NCBI GenBank assembly: GCA_002269645.1
Contig: NIVC01000422.1
Span: 124,001-188,000, forward strand
DNA: 64,000 bases
Source: Macrostomum lignano
Taxonomy: Eukaryota
Reading direction: 5' to 3'
The first letter of the stretch is position 1; the number at the start of each line of letters is the position of its first letter. Positions 24,240 to 36,104 of the stretch are shown here, piece after piece. The notes under the pieces were generated by a model, which made no database searches, had not been told where the DNA came from, and saw nothing but the letters and a program-made list of their open reading frames with translations. The translations under genes were made by a program, and so were the position numbers.

Positions 24240-24572
24240 ACATAATAATAATAGAAATAATAATAATATAATTATAAAAATAAAAATAATTGATTACACC
24301 TGCCCCGATTGGGCCAGTTGTGCAACCTACAGCTCAGCCGCAGCCATTGCGCGGCGCATCTGAAGGCTGCGTACGACTCTTCAGTCCAAGGACTGGGGGG
24401 GGGGGTCGCCACACACCCTCAATTATCCCAGCTCATGCTGGCACCCATTTTACAGCTTTGTGAACTGAAGCAAAAATTAATGCATGGTTTAAGCGTCTTG
24501 CTCAAGGACACAAATTGTTTCACTGTGGTCGAGCATCGAACCTCCTACCTTTAAATCACTAGGCTACAATCC
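24240..24572 (-). mobile_element. tRNA-derived CORE-type SINE, second copy
   Basis: Reverse-complement homology to 20437-20757 throughout; (taa)-rich tail at 24240-24290. Confidence 0.75.
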
Positions 24573-24817
24573 TCTACAACACAATAACACGATAACAACA
24601 AAATACGCTGTTAGTTTCTTAAGCAGTCCGGAAGCTCATGCAGGAGCTACAGCAAAAACGTACATGAACATTAAAAGTAACGTCCGATGGGCGCTATAAA
24701 TAGTTATTGCATTAGAGTCACGCGTAAACAATTCGAAAAGCTATTTAAACACCTTTCTGTTTAAAAGCTCCAATGGTAAGATAGAAATAATTTTTCCAAC
24801 TAAAGATTCCTCAAGCT

Positions 24818-27800
24818 ATGGCTACCATTGTGGACATCAGCCAGGGAAGAGTTTCAATGGCTTCTCTGCTACCCGAATTGCCAGTTGAGGATGGCACCGT
24901 CAGGATCGATTCAAGAGCCTTCAAAGTCGAGGCGAGGACCCTCGTAGCAGCGATTCGAAATCCGCAACTACGCCAACAATGCATCGATGAAATCTGTTTG
25001 ACGGTGTCAAAAAAGGACTCGTTCACATCCGCACAGCGACAGCTGCTGTTCGACTGGTCGCAGTCGGCCGACCCTTGCAGCCTGGCTGACTTGGCCGGCG
25101 CAGTGGCCAAAGAAGGACATTTTGAATATGCAGAAATGTAAGCAAGATTAGTGTATTTATACTTTTTTACTCATAGTTTTCTTAGCCAGAAATGCTAAAT
25201 ATTATTATTTTAGTTTTTCATAGGATGTAATAGTACATTAATACATGTATTACTATTATTGTGCCATAGACATTTGTGTCCTTGACAAAGTGGGACAAAT
25301 AATACGAGTAGAAAGGGGGTGTGGGGGCGAGGCCCCCACCAAAAGGGGGTGTGGGGGCGAAGCCCCTACTAAAAGCCATAGACAAAACACGAAATAAGAT
25401 TTTTAGCAGTAGTACAGTACTAACTTAAGCAGAGAAGAGAAGAGATTAGACTTATCACACCACATACTGCATAAGGTTTGACTAAGACAAACTAGATCTA
25501 GAAGCATGATCAAAACTATCTCTACAACCCCTATCTTATCTGAGTTTGAGGAGAGCAGCTTATGGTGAGTATGAATAAAAATACAGCTCTACAACCGCGG
25601 TACTTTGAACCATAGACTAAACTTCAGATTTGTAGGAGAATATTCTTTCTTTTACTGCGATTTTTACTCTTTTTCTGATTCTTTGAAGACTCACAAGTGT
25701 AGGCTACTTTAGAGATGCTCAAAAAGGCATAAATGCTCAGGAAGACCCAGGCAATGAAATAATAGTACGTTAATACCCATGCTTTAGGGGCGTTAATAGG
25801 AAAATTAGAGGGCAATAATTTCTCATTAACTGCCCGCTAATTTGCATTAAAGTAAGTTTAACATAGACAATCGGGCGTTAAATGTCATTGACATATGGCC
25901 AAGCATTCTTAAATTGCTGACACTATTCATTGTCTATGGCCAAAAAGCAATCCTTCACCAATAACACGACTGTGCAGTGAATCCCAAGCCGTGCTGTAAA
26001 TTCCAACCACCGTGCTTTAAATTCCCGCACGTATTCAACTTATTAAATTTATTTAAGTCTACCTGAGCTACTGGTCTAATTCTACCTGAGCTAATGAGCT
26101 AATCCTGCCCAAGCTACTGTCTCAGTACCTGAGCTACTGACCCAATTCTACCTGAGCTACTGACCCAATTCTGCCTGAGCTACTGACCCAATTCTACCTG
26201 AGCTACTGACCCAATTCTACCTGAGCTACTGACCCAATTCTACCAGAGCTACTGACCCAATTCTACCTGAGCTACTGACCCAATTCTACCTGAGCTACTG
26301 ACCCAATTCTACCTGAGCTACTGACCCAATTCTACCTGAGCTACTGACCCAATTCTAACAGAGCTAGTGACCCAATTCTACCAGAGCTACTGACCCAATT
26401 CTAACAGAGCTACTGACCCAATTCTACCAGAGCTACTGACCCAATTCTACCTGAGCTACTGACCCAATTCTACCTGAGCTACTGACCCAATTCTACCTGA
26501 GCTACTGACCCAATTCTACCTGAGCTAGTGACCCAATTCTACCTGAGCTACTGACCCAATTCTACCTGAGCTACTGACCCAATTCTACCTGAGCTACTGA
26601 CCCAATTCTGCCTGAGCTACTGAACCAATTCTACCTGAGCTACTGACCCAATTCTACCTGAGCTACTGACCCAATTCTACCTGAGCTACTGACCCAATTC
26701 TACCTGAGCTACTGACCCAATTCTACCTGAGCTACTGACCCAATTCTGCCTGAGCTACTGAACCAATTCTACCTGAGCTACTGACCCAATTCTACCTGAG
26801 CTACTGAACCAATTCTACCTGAGCTACTGACCCAATTCTAACAGAGCTACTGACCCAATTCTAACAGAGCTAGTGACCCAATTCTACCTGAGCTAGTGAC
26901 CCAATTCTACCTGATCTACTGACCCAATTCTGCCTGAGCTACTGACCCAATTCTGCCTGAGCTAGTGACCCAGTTCTACCTGAGCTAGTGACCCAATTCT
27001 ACCTGAGCTAGTGACCCAATTCTACCTGAGCTAGTGACCCAATTCTACCTGAGCTACTGACCCAATTCTACCTGAGCTACTGACCCAATTCTGCCTGAGC
27101 TACTGACCCAATTCTGCCTGAGCTACTGACCCAATTCTGCCTGAGCTACTGACCCAATTCTACCTGAGCTACTGACCCAATTCTACCTGAGCTACTGAAC
27201 TAATTCTATCAGCCGAGGTACCGAAATTTAGGACTGAAACTTACATGTTCGCAGGCAAAAATATTTTCCATTGCTGTTGTCACTTAATTAAAATAATTAT
27301 AAAGCTGATGTAACCGCCCTTGTCGCCTGTCCGCTCCGTTGAGAGACGAACGCATGACTAGAGGGAGGCAATGACCGTAGGCTGCCTATGACCGGGCAAT
27401 GACCTGACGGACCTCCAGCACCAGACTGTCCCGCCCACATGATTGATAGCTTTGGTAGCGCTTCGTGACCAGAGGGCCAAGGACCCACATGGACCCCACC
27501 TGTAGCCAAGGTGCAATAGTTGGTCACTCGGTCATAGTATGACCGAGTGGCTGCCACCACTCTATGTGACCTGGCGCACCTGGATCTTTCTACCAGACCT
27601 CTCGAGGCTAGAGCCCCGCCTGGATTGGTTACCAGGGGATTTAGGCTAACAGGGGAGACACATGCAGCCGAGTACAGGGACTCTGCTTGGGGCATGATCG
27701 GGAACTCTGGGCTCAATCTGGAGGATTTCTCAGCAGGGGATCCTTTGTGGCTGTGAGCGAGGCTGACTTGCGACCTTGATTACTAAGAGTAGTATGAGGC

Positions 27801-30800
27801 GAACATGTACTGTCTATAGTTTAGATTGCTCAGGGCGAAGGGACGCGTCAGCATGGGGTTGCAACCTTCCTACTGCCATTCTGTGCCGAGACTCGCTAAT
27901 CCCCCTACTGCACGCACCCGCGGCCCCGCAGCACGCACTCACAGGCGGGCTTTGCACGGGGAGAGGCCATTAGCTTACCCAACTTCCTTATGCTTTGCCA
28001 CCCCGGGAGAAAGGCTTAGCAAGCCATGGGTGAAATGATGGTGAAAGAGTGAATAATGATGAGGTTAGTTAATAGTTAATATTTAGGCCCTTAGGCAAAT
28101 AATCAGGCAATTAGGCGGCTTCACTATTGAGTTAAATACAACAAAAAGTTACGGTATCACAATTGGCTCAGCTCTCTAGTCAAGCAATGGAAAATTCATT
28201 ATTCACAAGGCAAACCCCGGATAAGCAAAGGCAATTAGAGCACAAATTAGTAACAGGAACTTACCGGCAGCTGCACAGAGAGAGAGAGAGGCGGAGTGAC
28301 CGAGGGCGGTCGTAGGCTGCAGTCAGGCAGACAGTGAAGCGGCGATGCGCTGAGGCGACTAGGCGCTGGTGTAGATCAGGCGATGCTGATGATGCTGGGC
28401 GGTATCAGACCGCTGGCCGATAGGCGAGCTCGCTTGGGGAGCTGAAGATAACTTGGCGGTAACAGACCGCGGACCGGCAGGGGTTCGTCTTATAGGCGGG
28501 AAGGTCAGAGCAGTGTCTGACCGCAAGTCCAAAGAAGGACGAGGAGACGAACAGTCTGAGGATTCTCATGCCGAAATCGCTTCCTTTTATAGCCTTCCCA
28601 GCCGCCGCTCCAAGGTCGTTTCCATGACTCCCTCTCTCTGATTGGCTGCCGGCAGAATGACGTCAGAATGAGTCATGATGAGAAGCATGAGACCGGCATA
28701 GCAACATGAGAAATGGGAGAATTGCGCAATCCGGAGGTGGGGTGGGGGGATAATTGGCGCAGCGGGAGGTCGCGAGAGTGTTGCGCAAGCAAACATTGAG
28801 AACAATGGGGCTGGGGTCGAGAACAAAGGAATTGGAAATCGGGGATAATTGGGGAGAATCGAGAACAATAGAAAAGCAAACATTGGGGAAAAGGTGATAA
28901 TTAGGTGCGAAAACGAGAACAAAAGAAAGAGAAAATCGGAGAAAATGTGATAATTGGTGGGGGTAAAGAGAACAAAAGAATCAAAAACGAGAACAATAGA
29001 AGCGGAGGTGGGGTGGGTGTCGCATGAGAAATTTGGGGAGGAGAACAATGGCGTGAGAAAAGGTTGCGCAAGAGAGGGGGATGAGTCATCGATGAGTCAT
29101 CGAGGGGACGAAGGGGTCACACGACTTGCGTCATCGTTTGGGAGTTTGAGAAGGGATGGGGTGACGGTGAGCGCGCAAAATACTGTAAGTAGACGCAGAG
29201 AAAGGGGGGACAGAGCAGGAGAATAAGGCGAAAAGGGGCAAAAAGAGGGGAGACAGGAAGAGTACATAAAGAATAGGGAGGCGCGCAGGAGAGATAGGGT
29301 AGAGGGGGAGGTACAAAGAGAGAGGGGGAAGCTCCGGAAAGGCAAGTGTGGCGGCAGGGGAGACGGAGCCAAGGCAGCGGGGGGGGGTGCAGCAGAGCGG
29401 GAGTCTCCAGGCCTGGTCGAAGACCTGGCCGAGCCTCAACAGCTCTGTGCAGGGGGTGCACGGCGATAGGAGGCACTTTCGAAAAAGTTCCCCTGCCCTA
29501 TCCCGCGACCAGAGCGTGGTTACATCAAAGCCCTCTTATCCCTCTTATAGTCCATGCGTGCGGTAAATTCCAATCTATCTATGTCTATGGCTAAAACCAG
29601 AAGAATGCTTTGCCCATAAATCGATGAATCTATCACTAGGTTCCTTCGTGCGTAAATAGTCTATGGCACTGCGGCAATGGCAATAGTCTCTGCGCACTCG
29701 TGCCAAGACTATTTACGCACTCAAAACCTAGAGATAAATCTACCATTAACCGCCCGCTAATTTCGATATTTCTCTCCTGCAAGCGGGCTTAAATGTAGTC
29801 AATGGCATTAAAATGTGTACAAGAATAAGTGCCCAGTGGGCACAAAGGTCATGGTACAATTGTTCGTCAAGACTGTTTCCCGCTTTCACTGCCTTCTGGA
29901 CAAGATCAAATCGATAGAAATCGCTGATCTCTCGTGTCTTCTCGATTGTCAGGTCGGAAGACGGGCGCTCCGGGTAAAATTTGTGTCCAGCGGAAGTTGT
30001 TCCGGAAAGAATTCTGCCTGTGTTTGCAGCCTTGTAATTTTAAAGAAGTGCAAACACTAGAAGACACAGTTGCAGGGATTTTGCTCGGGTGGCAGAGAAT
30101 TTGCTCAAAGTTTTCTATAAACTTTTATTCATGCGAAAGGAGACTGGTTGCTCAAATTCTGATCTATTTCTCAGTTCTGAGCACTTGCTCCTCCAACTCA
30201 GAGCACAAGCTTTACTCATACGGCCTATTCTATCAATTTATTTTCGTGATCTAATCATGAAAATATACCCTATGCCACGTAAGACTAGCATAAACATCGG
30301 ATGCCCCCTATTCTACTACTTACGAATATTTACAGAATTTTTTTATAAGTGCTATAATGAATATTTAAATTTTTATCAAATCCAACGCTATTCATAAGAA
30401 AACTTGTTCATACAAAAAATAAATGCCAAAAAGTTTCTTTCCGATATTTCGATTGTGAATATGTTAATAAGTTAATCAAAATAAGCTTTTACGAAGTCCT
30501 TTAAACGCTGATAAGGAATATGAACGCACATTAACGAAATGTTGCCTAACACTGTAGACAGGAAGGCTGCTGTTGCAAATTGTGCAAATTTCACTATTTC
30601 AATGCATTTTTACAGCCGCCTTCTAAATCGAGTTTGCACATGCAAGACGCATAACCGCTCCGTTTGGAATTTGATAGTTTGAAAATTATGAATTTCGTTG
30701 CTAAACTGACCTCCAACAAAATTTGCACGGTATACGAATGTATAGAGTCCTTAATTTTCAGTTTTACATGTGGCTCGTACATGCCAATTTCTATTGAAAT

Positions 30801-33800
30801 GTGTTTAATTTAATTAATACGATTAAAGTAAAAAATGTCATTGATCTACATATACATTTACAGGCTTCTGAAAGGCATCGCAAATTCTGCGCAACGCGAT
30901 CAAGGTCTCATCTTGGCATCAAAACAAGCCGTAGATGCTCAGCAGTGGAAAGCGTCTGCCTACTTGTTGCGACGAGTTAAAAACGAGCAGACAAGAAGAC
31001 AGCAATGTCTCGAGTTAGCAACTCTCGCTGCTATTAATGGCTGGATGGAATTGGCTACCGCCTGCTGGGAGATAATCTCCGATTCCAGTTCACCGGGCCC
31101 CGACCTTTGGCAAAGCTGCGCCGATCTCGCCCAGAAAGCTGCGTCAATGGGTCAATTCGACATTGCATCTTATTTTTGCCAAAAGCTGACAATTCAGCAG
31201 CGGTCTCAGTTTCTTAAAACTTTTGTTTCGAAAATTAATACTCGTAAATGGGATTTTTCAGACGTCGAGAAATTTTTTGCGATTTTTGCCAACAATGTCC
31301 CGGCTGAGACGATAGAAGTGTGCCGTCGTGCTCTGACAATTCAAGCTGCTGAGCAGGGGAGCTGGATTCTGGCACAATCTGTTCTGGCAGAGATTTCCTG
31401 TGCAAGCAAACGATCTGATACACTTAAGAGTATTTTTAATAAAATCAGTGGATGCAAAGGTTGCATCAGAGCGTTGTCTTCAATTATCGAAGATGCCGGA
31501 GCAAAATCAAAGATCAATTGCCGGTTGGCCAAGGCCACTGTCTCCTCCTGCCAGCGCTGCCAACAGTCACCAGCAGGGAGACAGCAGCAGCAGTCAATAA
31601 CGCAAATTCACCCAGAGTTTGTGCCCACTGACTCCCCTGTCGGCTGCCAGAGTCCAATTGATGCGGAGCAACGAAAAGCCTGGACTCTTCTGACTGTGGC
31701 TGACTATCTAGCTGAAGACGCAGAGGATGATCTTAAAGACGGCATCCGGCGCGAGGAAGTGAAGCTTTTAGTGAGGCGGAAGCTGTGGTACACAGCGAAA
31801 CAGATTTCAGAAAGCATTATGAATCGAGACGAGCGCGATCAGAGTCTTATTGCTGCTGCTGAGTTTGCCATCGACTTTGATCAGGCCGAAATGTCAAACT
31901 TGTTTCTGAGCGGAATGGCTGACACGGACAAGAAAGAAAATTGGCGCTCTAGAAAGGTGCAAAAGCTGTCTGATAAAGGAAAGCAAGATGTGGCAGACCG
32001 ACTGAAAGACTGGTACCTGACTGAAGCAGAAGTTGCAGCAAGTAGTGGTCGGTTAGAGGCTGTTAGAGAAATTCTACAGCGTATACACGATTCGAATAGG
32101 CGAGACGAAGCACTTGCAAAAACTGCTGAAATTGCTGCTAACTTTGGCTACATGGACACTGCCGAAGCACTGGTGCGCGAGATCTGCACAAGCCAGAAGA
32201 AGCTTGAGTGTTGCACAGTAATTGCAAGGGGAATTCTTAATCCTCGCCCTCTAACGGCGATCAGGTGTGCCGCAGCTGCTGATTGCATTGACACTATTAA
32301 AACTATATTTACTTCGGTCAGCGACGATGAAATGCGCGGCAAATGCTGTGTTGAGGCTGTAAAATCAGCTGTGTGCAGCGGCTTCCATGACACTGCCTGT
32401 CGGTTGTTACTGAGCTTCTCTGAGGCTCTACAAGCTGAATGTCTACTTGTTGCCATCCGCACAGCTAGCGCTCTTTGTGGCTTACACACTGTTAGGCAGC
32501 TCATGTTGGCAATAGTTCAATTAAGAAATATTCCTGGCTTCAGTTGGGAACTGTTCAAAAAAGTTCTGAAAGACATCTGCAATAATCCAGAATTACGGAA
32601 CCAGGTTTGCAAAGCATTAGTTAGTGCCTGTCTACGATGCGGCTTGTGGGTGCAGGCTCAAAATTATTTGAAATTCATTAAAGATGAGCGCATTATATGC
32701 ATTTGTTGTGCTGATGAGGTGCGGCTGATGCTGAGCCAAGGCCAAGCCAAATTAGCTGCCAAGTTCATAGCTAACATTGAAAAAACACTGAAACATCTGA
32801 TTGAGCATTGTTTAGTTGCCGGAGTCGACCTAATTTATGAGCAAGAGAGGCTGGAAACTGCTGTGCAATTTTTCAACTCTTATCAGAGTCCGGACGCCGA
32901 CAAGTATCGCTTTAGAGTTGCCCGGTTTGCCATCCAGTTTCGACTTTACCAGTACGCAGAAGGAATGGTCGATTCTATTAGAAACTGCGACATTAAAGAC
33001 GCAGTCTATCAGGAAATCGCTGAACGCGAGATCGCACTGTGGACGAGCAACGAAGACGTTGAATTCGCTTCAAAATTGTCTGCGTTAATTAAGAAGCTTT
33101 CGAAGTATTGTAATCGCAAGGAATGTTTCAAGAGAGCTTCATTAAAAGCAGCAAGCCTTGGATTATGGACTTGCCTAAATGAGTTTGCCTTACAATATAA
33201 CGACGAGGCTGAAAGATTCCAGGATGTGATGCAACAAGCCATCTATTCCAACCAGGTCGACGCAGTCGAGCCTATTCTGAAATCAAGCATAAGCGCTGTA
33301 AATAGAGTTGACTTTCTGTGTAAACTAATTACTCGTAGTCTGACACATGAATTTCAGGATATTTTTACGTTACTCAGGAATATCCCAACGGAGGCGAATT
33401 GGATAATTGAAGCCGAAGATTTTCAGCGTACGCTAAATAACGCCTTAGTAACAAAGCCTAACAGTCACGACTTTGACAGATTTTGCTCAAGGTTTAGTCA
33501 GAGCCGGTTGCTTAAAACATTTCATGCATGCATCGAGAGAGGATACATAACTCTTGCGCATCGCATGCAACCACATCTCCTAGAAGTTCACCGCACTAAT
33601 AGCGCTGGTGAAACGGCGCTGATGCTATCGGCAAAGTTCGGACGTAGCGACCTGATATTGCCGCTGATTGAAGATGGCGCATCGGTGACTCAGACAAATG
33701 CGAACGGACAAACAGCCCTATCGATAGCGTGTTTGCACGGTAAAGAGAAAGCAGTGAAAATGCTTCTAGACTTGGGCTCTGACGTGAACCACTGTGACAG

Positions 33801-36104
33801 CGCTGGCCGAAGCTGTGCACAGTTGGCGGAATCGGCTAAGCACGAAGTTGTGCTCAAGTTGCTTTGGTGAGAGATACGCTCGTACGTCGTATATGTAGCT
33901 CATTTCACGTAGCTGTTTATGTCAGTTTGTGCATTGGTTTTTTATTTCATACTTTTCCGATTTCAGCTCTTGGCCGAATTTTGATCTTAGCAATTATTTT
34001 GTCGAAAAAAGTGCCGCGTTGACCGAGGCGCTGACTCAGTCGGGCTTCACGCAAGACCGGGTGGTCTGTCTGCCAAGAATGGCAAGCTTCGTATCAGAAC
34101 TAGCGTCGGCGATCACTGGCGAGGACATGGAAATTGCTGGCAGCACAGCCGAAGGCTATGGGATGATTCCACCCTGTTTGGACAGAATGGTGTCACCGGA
34201 TTCCGACATCGACTGGCTACAAATTATAAACGGATGCGTATTACTCCTAGAAGATTTCTGCTCCTGCTTAGGACAGCAGAACTTGGGGAGCCCCATCGAG
34301 GGTCATGTGCCGCTCTCGGCTCCTGTAGGTAAGAAAACTATGATTTTCACATTGAATTCTAGCGTATTATAGAATTGTTATGTAAAATGAGCACTACTGT
34401 ATGCTTTAATTTGTTAATGGAACCTGAAGAGAATAATCCAGTGCTCTTAAGTCCGTTTCACATTACCGCTAGTAGCACAGCAGTTGAAGGATTGTTCAAA
34501 TCATTTTTAAAAACGTGTCTGAACCAACTGCACATTGATTTGAGCAGTCTTTGACCCGCGAAGCTACTGGCGGGAATGTGAACCGGCATTTACTTTCAAA
34601 GTTGTAAACTGTGCGATGTTTTGTGTCATAGTAGTTTTTGACTACTGCCATTGATATGAGAGCTTGACCGAAATGGACCTCTTATAATTAGGCTTAATAA
34701 CTGCCTAAATATGAACATAAATAAATTAGCGTTATTAACATGTTTCAACCCCACACAGGATGTCAACCTGCACAGACTTCCCCTGCTAAAGGAGTTCTTC
34801 CCCGCATGGATTTCTGCTGCGCTTTTCCTGTCTGCACAAGAGACTTATCCTTATTGCACCCCCAGCCCGAAAATCTCGTCCGGGCTTCGAGGCCAGGACG
34901 CACGTGTGAGCTGCGAATCAGCTTTAACAGCCAGGAGAACAGACTAGTACGAGGCTTTTACGAAGTGCAAGGGCACTTACTGATGATCATCAAGCACTGT
35001 TTCAAGAACACTCCATTAAAAGATTACTATAAATCGTACCACGCAAAGTCGCTATTGTTTCATTTAATTGCGCGACACGCAGAATCGGGGGAATCGGTGT
35101 GGAAACCCACAAATTTGGCTCGCCTTTTCCACGAAGCACTTGGTATGGCGATCGAGTTTCTATCGGCGAGTATTTCCAAGGATGTCGTTATGCCGCACTC
35201 GATGTGCCCAAGCGCACAGCTCTACATTAAAAATGCTGGCCTCGGGTACGGATTCGAAGACTCAAAAAAGGAAGCGGAAATATCCCTGAAAGACCTCCAA
35301 AAAAGGACCTGGGCGGTGTTTGATCCGATGCTAGAGTTTTTGCGTCCGTTGAGCTCGCAAGAGTTCAGGTTTCACCCGTTCACTCTTCTGCCATTGCAGC
35401 GTGTTCGCCAAGGCGCTCTTAAAACGAAAAGACATCAAGACAGCACGGTGAACTTGCTGGCTAACTTGTACGAAAAAATCTGGCAAACTCTCACAGATTT
35501 GTCCAATGATGGCGAGTGTCCGAGCGTTGATCGTTTGATTGAGCGTTTAGAAACGCTGCCCAAAATTTGCCACTCTGCAGTCTGTTGCCTGAAGATAATG
35601 GCATATTGCAAGAGTGGTAGGTTGGATCAAGCAGACATTGTTTTAAGTTGTCTTAATGGTCACAAAGTTCAGCGCGGTTGGCAGCCTACTTCAGTTAGAG
35701 ACGGCATCAAGTGGGACAACGAAGCAGACTGGGCGTGGCGATTTTGCTTTCCAAGCAAAAGTGGCTTTCAATTTCCTTTTTTGGCGAACTTTACGCAAAG
35801 TCTGTTTACAGCCAGACTATCTGAAAAATCTAAAACATCCCACGTCTACATTAACTTTCGATGCCTTTTTTGGAGTCTACAAGCAGAACTTCTGGGGGCT
35901 GGAGAAGTCTGTGTCGACGACTGGTATACTGAGATTCAAGCAGATGCAGATTTGGAGGAGCTGCTCACTTTAGCCAACTACTCAGACAGTCACCAGCACC
36001 GGAATTTCTGCAAAGAGGAGCTAAAAAAGCTGCGCAAAGAAGGACGCGTCGTTTTGGAGGACTACGACTTTAAAAGACCTGCTGCCGAGCACTTCTTTGA
36101 ATGA
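24818..36104 (+). CDS. 1676-aa helical-repeat + ankyrin + cGAS-like receptor (Mab-21/cGLR nucleotidyltransferase) fusion; exons 24818-25137, 30864-33866, 33967-34328, 34759-36104
   Basis: Junctions at|gtaagc..acag|g (phase 2), tg|gtgaga..ttcag|c (phase 2) and g|gtaaga..acag|ga (phase 1); total 5031 nt in frame. Repeats of the type A.xxG....A..ll..I.D...RD..L read across junction 1 (AVAKEGHFEYAEM|LLKGIANSAQRDQGL). Three ankyrin repeats (GETALMLSAKFG, GQTALSIACLHG, GRSCAQLA). NTase motif GSTAEG...DSDIDW, third acidic strand RMDFCCAF, and Mab-21 helical motifs LRISFNSQE and KSYHAKSLLF. Confidence 0.8.
26060..27210. repeat. 23-bp minisatellite (attctacctgagctactgaccca)n in cGLR intron 1
   Basis: Tandem unit read directly, about 50 copies. 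Confidence 0.95.
27306..29527 (-). mobile_element. 2.2-kb solo-LTR-like element (Gypsy-type termini), copy 1, in cGLR intron 1
   Basis: Termini tgatgtaacc...ggttacatca (10-bp inverted, TG..CA) with a 4-bp TSD aagc on both sides; TATA/CCAAT/CRE on the minus strand; homologous to 58844-60833. Confidence 0.72.

Noticed and set aside
29860-30280. Coding-like stretch in cGLR intron 1 (ANTRRHSCRDFARVAENLLK resembles the helical repeats)
   Set aside because: Stops or incompatible splice phases in every frame tried; at most a decayed duplicate exon, not supportable as a feature.
30835-33870. Stand-alone 1011-aa ankyrin protein as given by the ORF track
   Set aside because: The N-terminal MSLIYIYIY is intron acceptor sequence and the stop overlaps a splice donor; better explained as exon 2 of the cGLR fusion.
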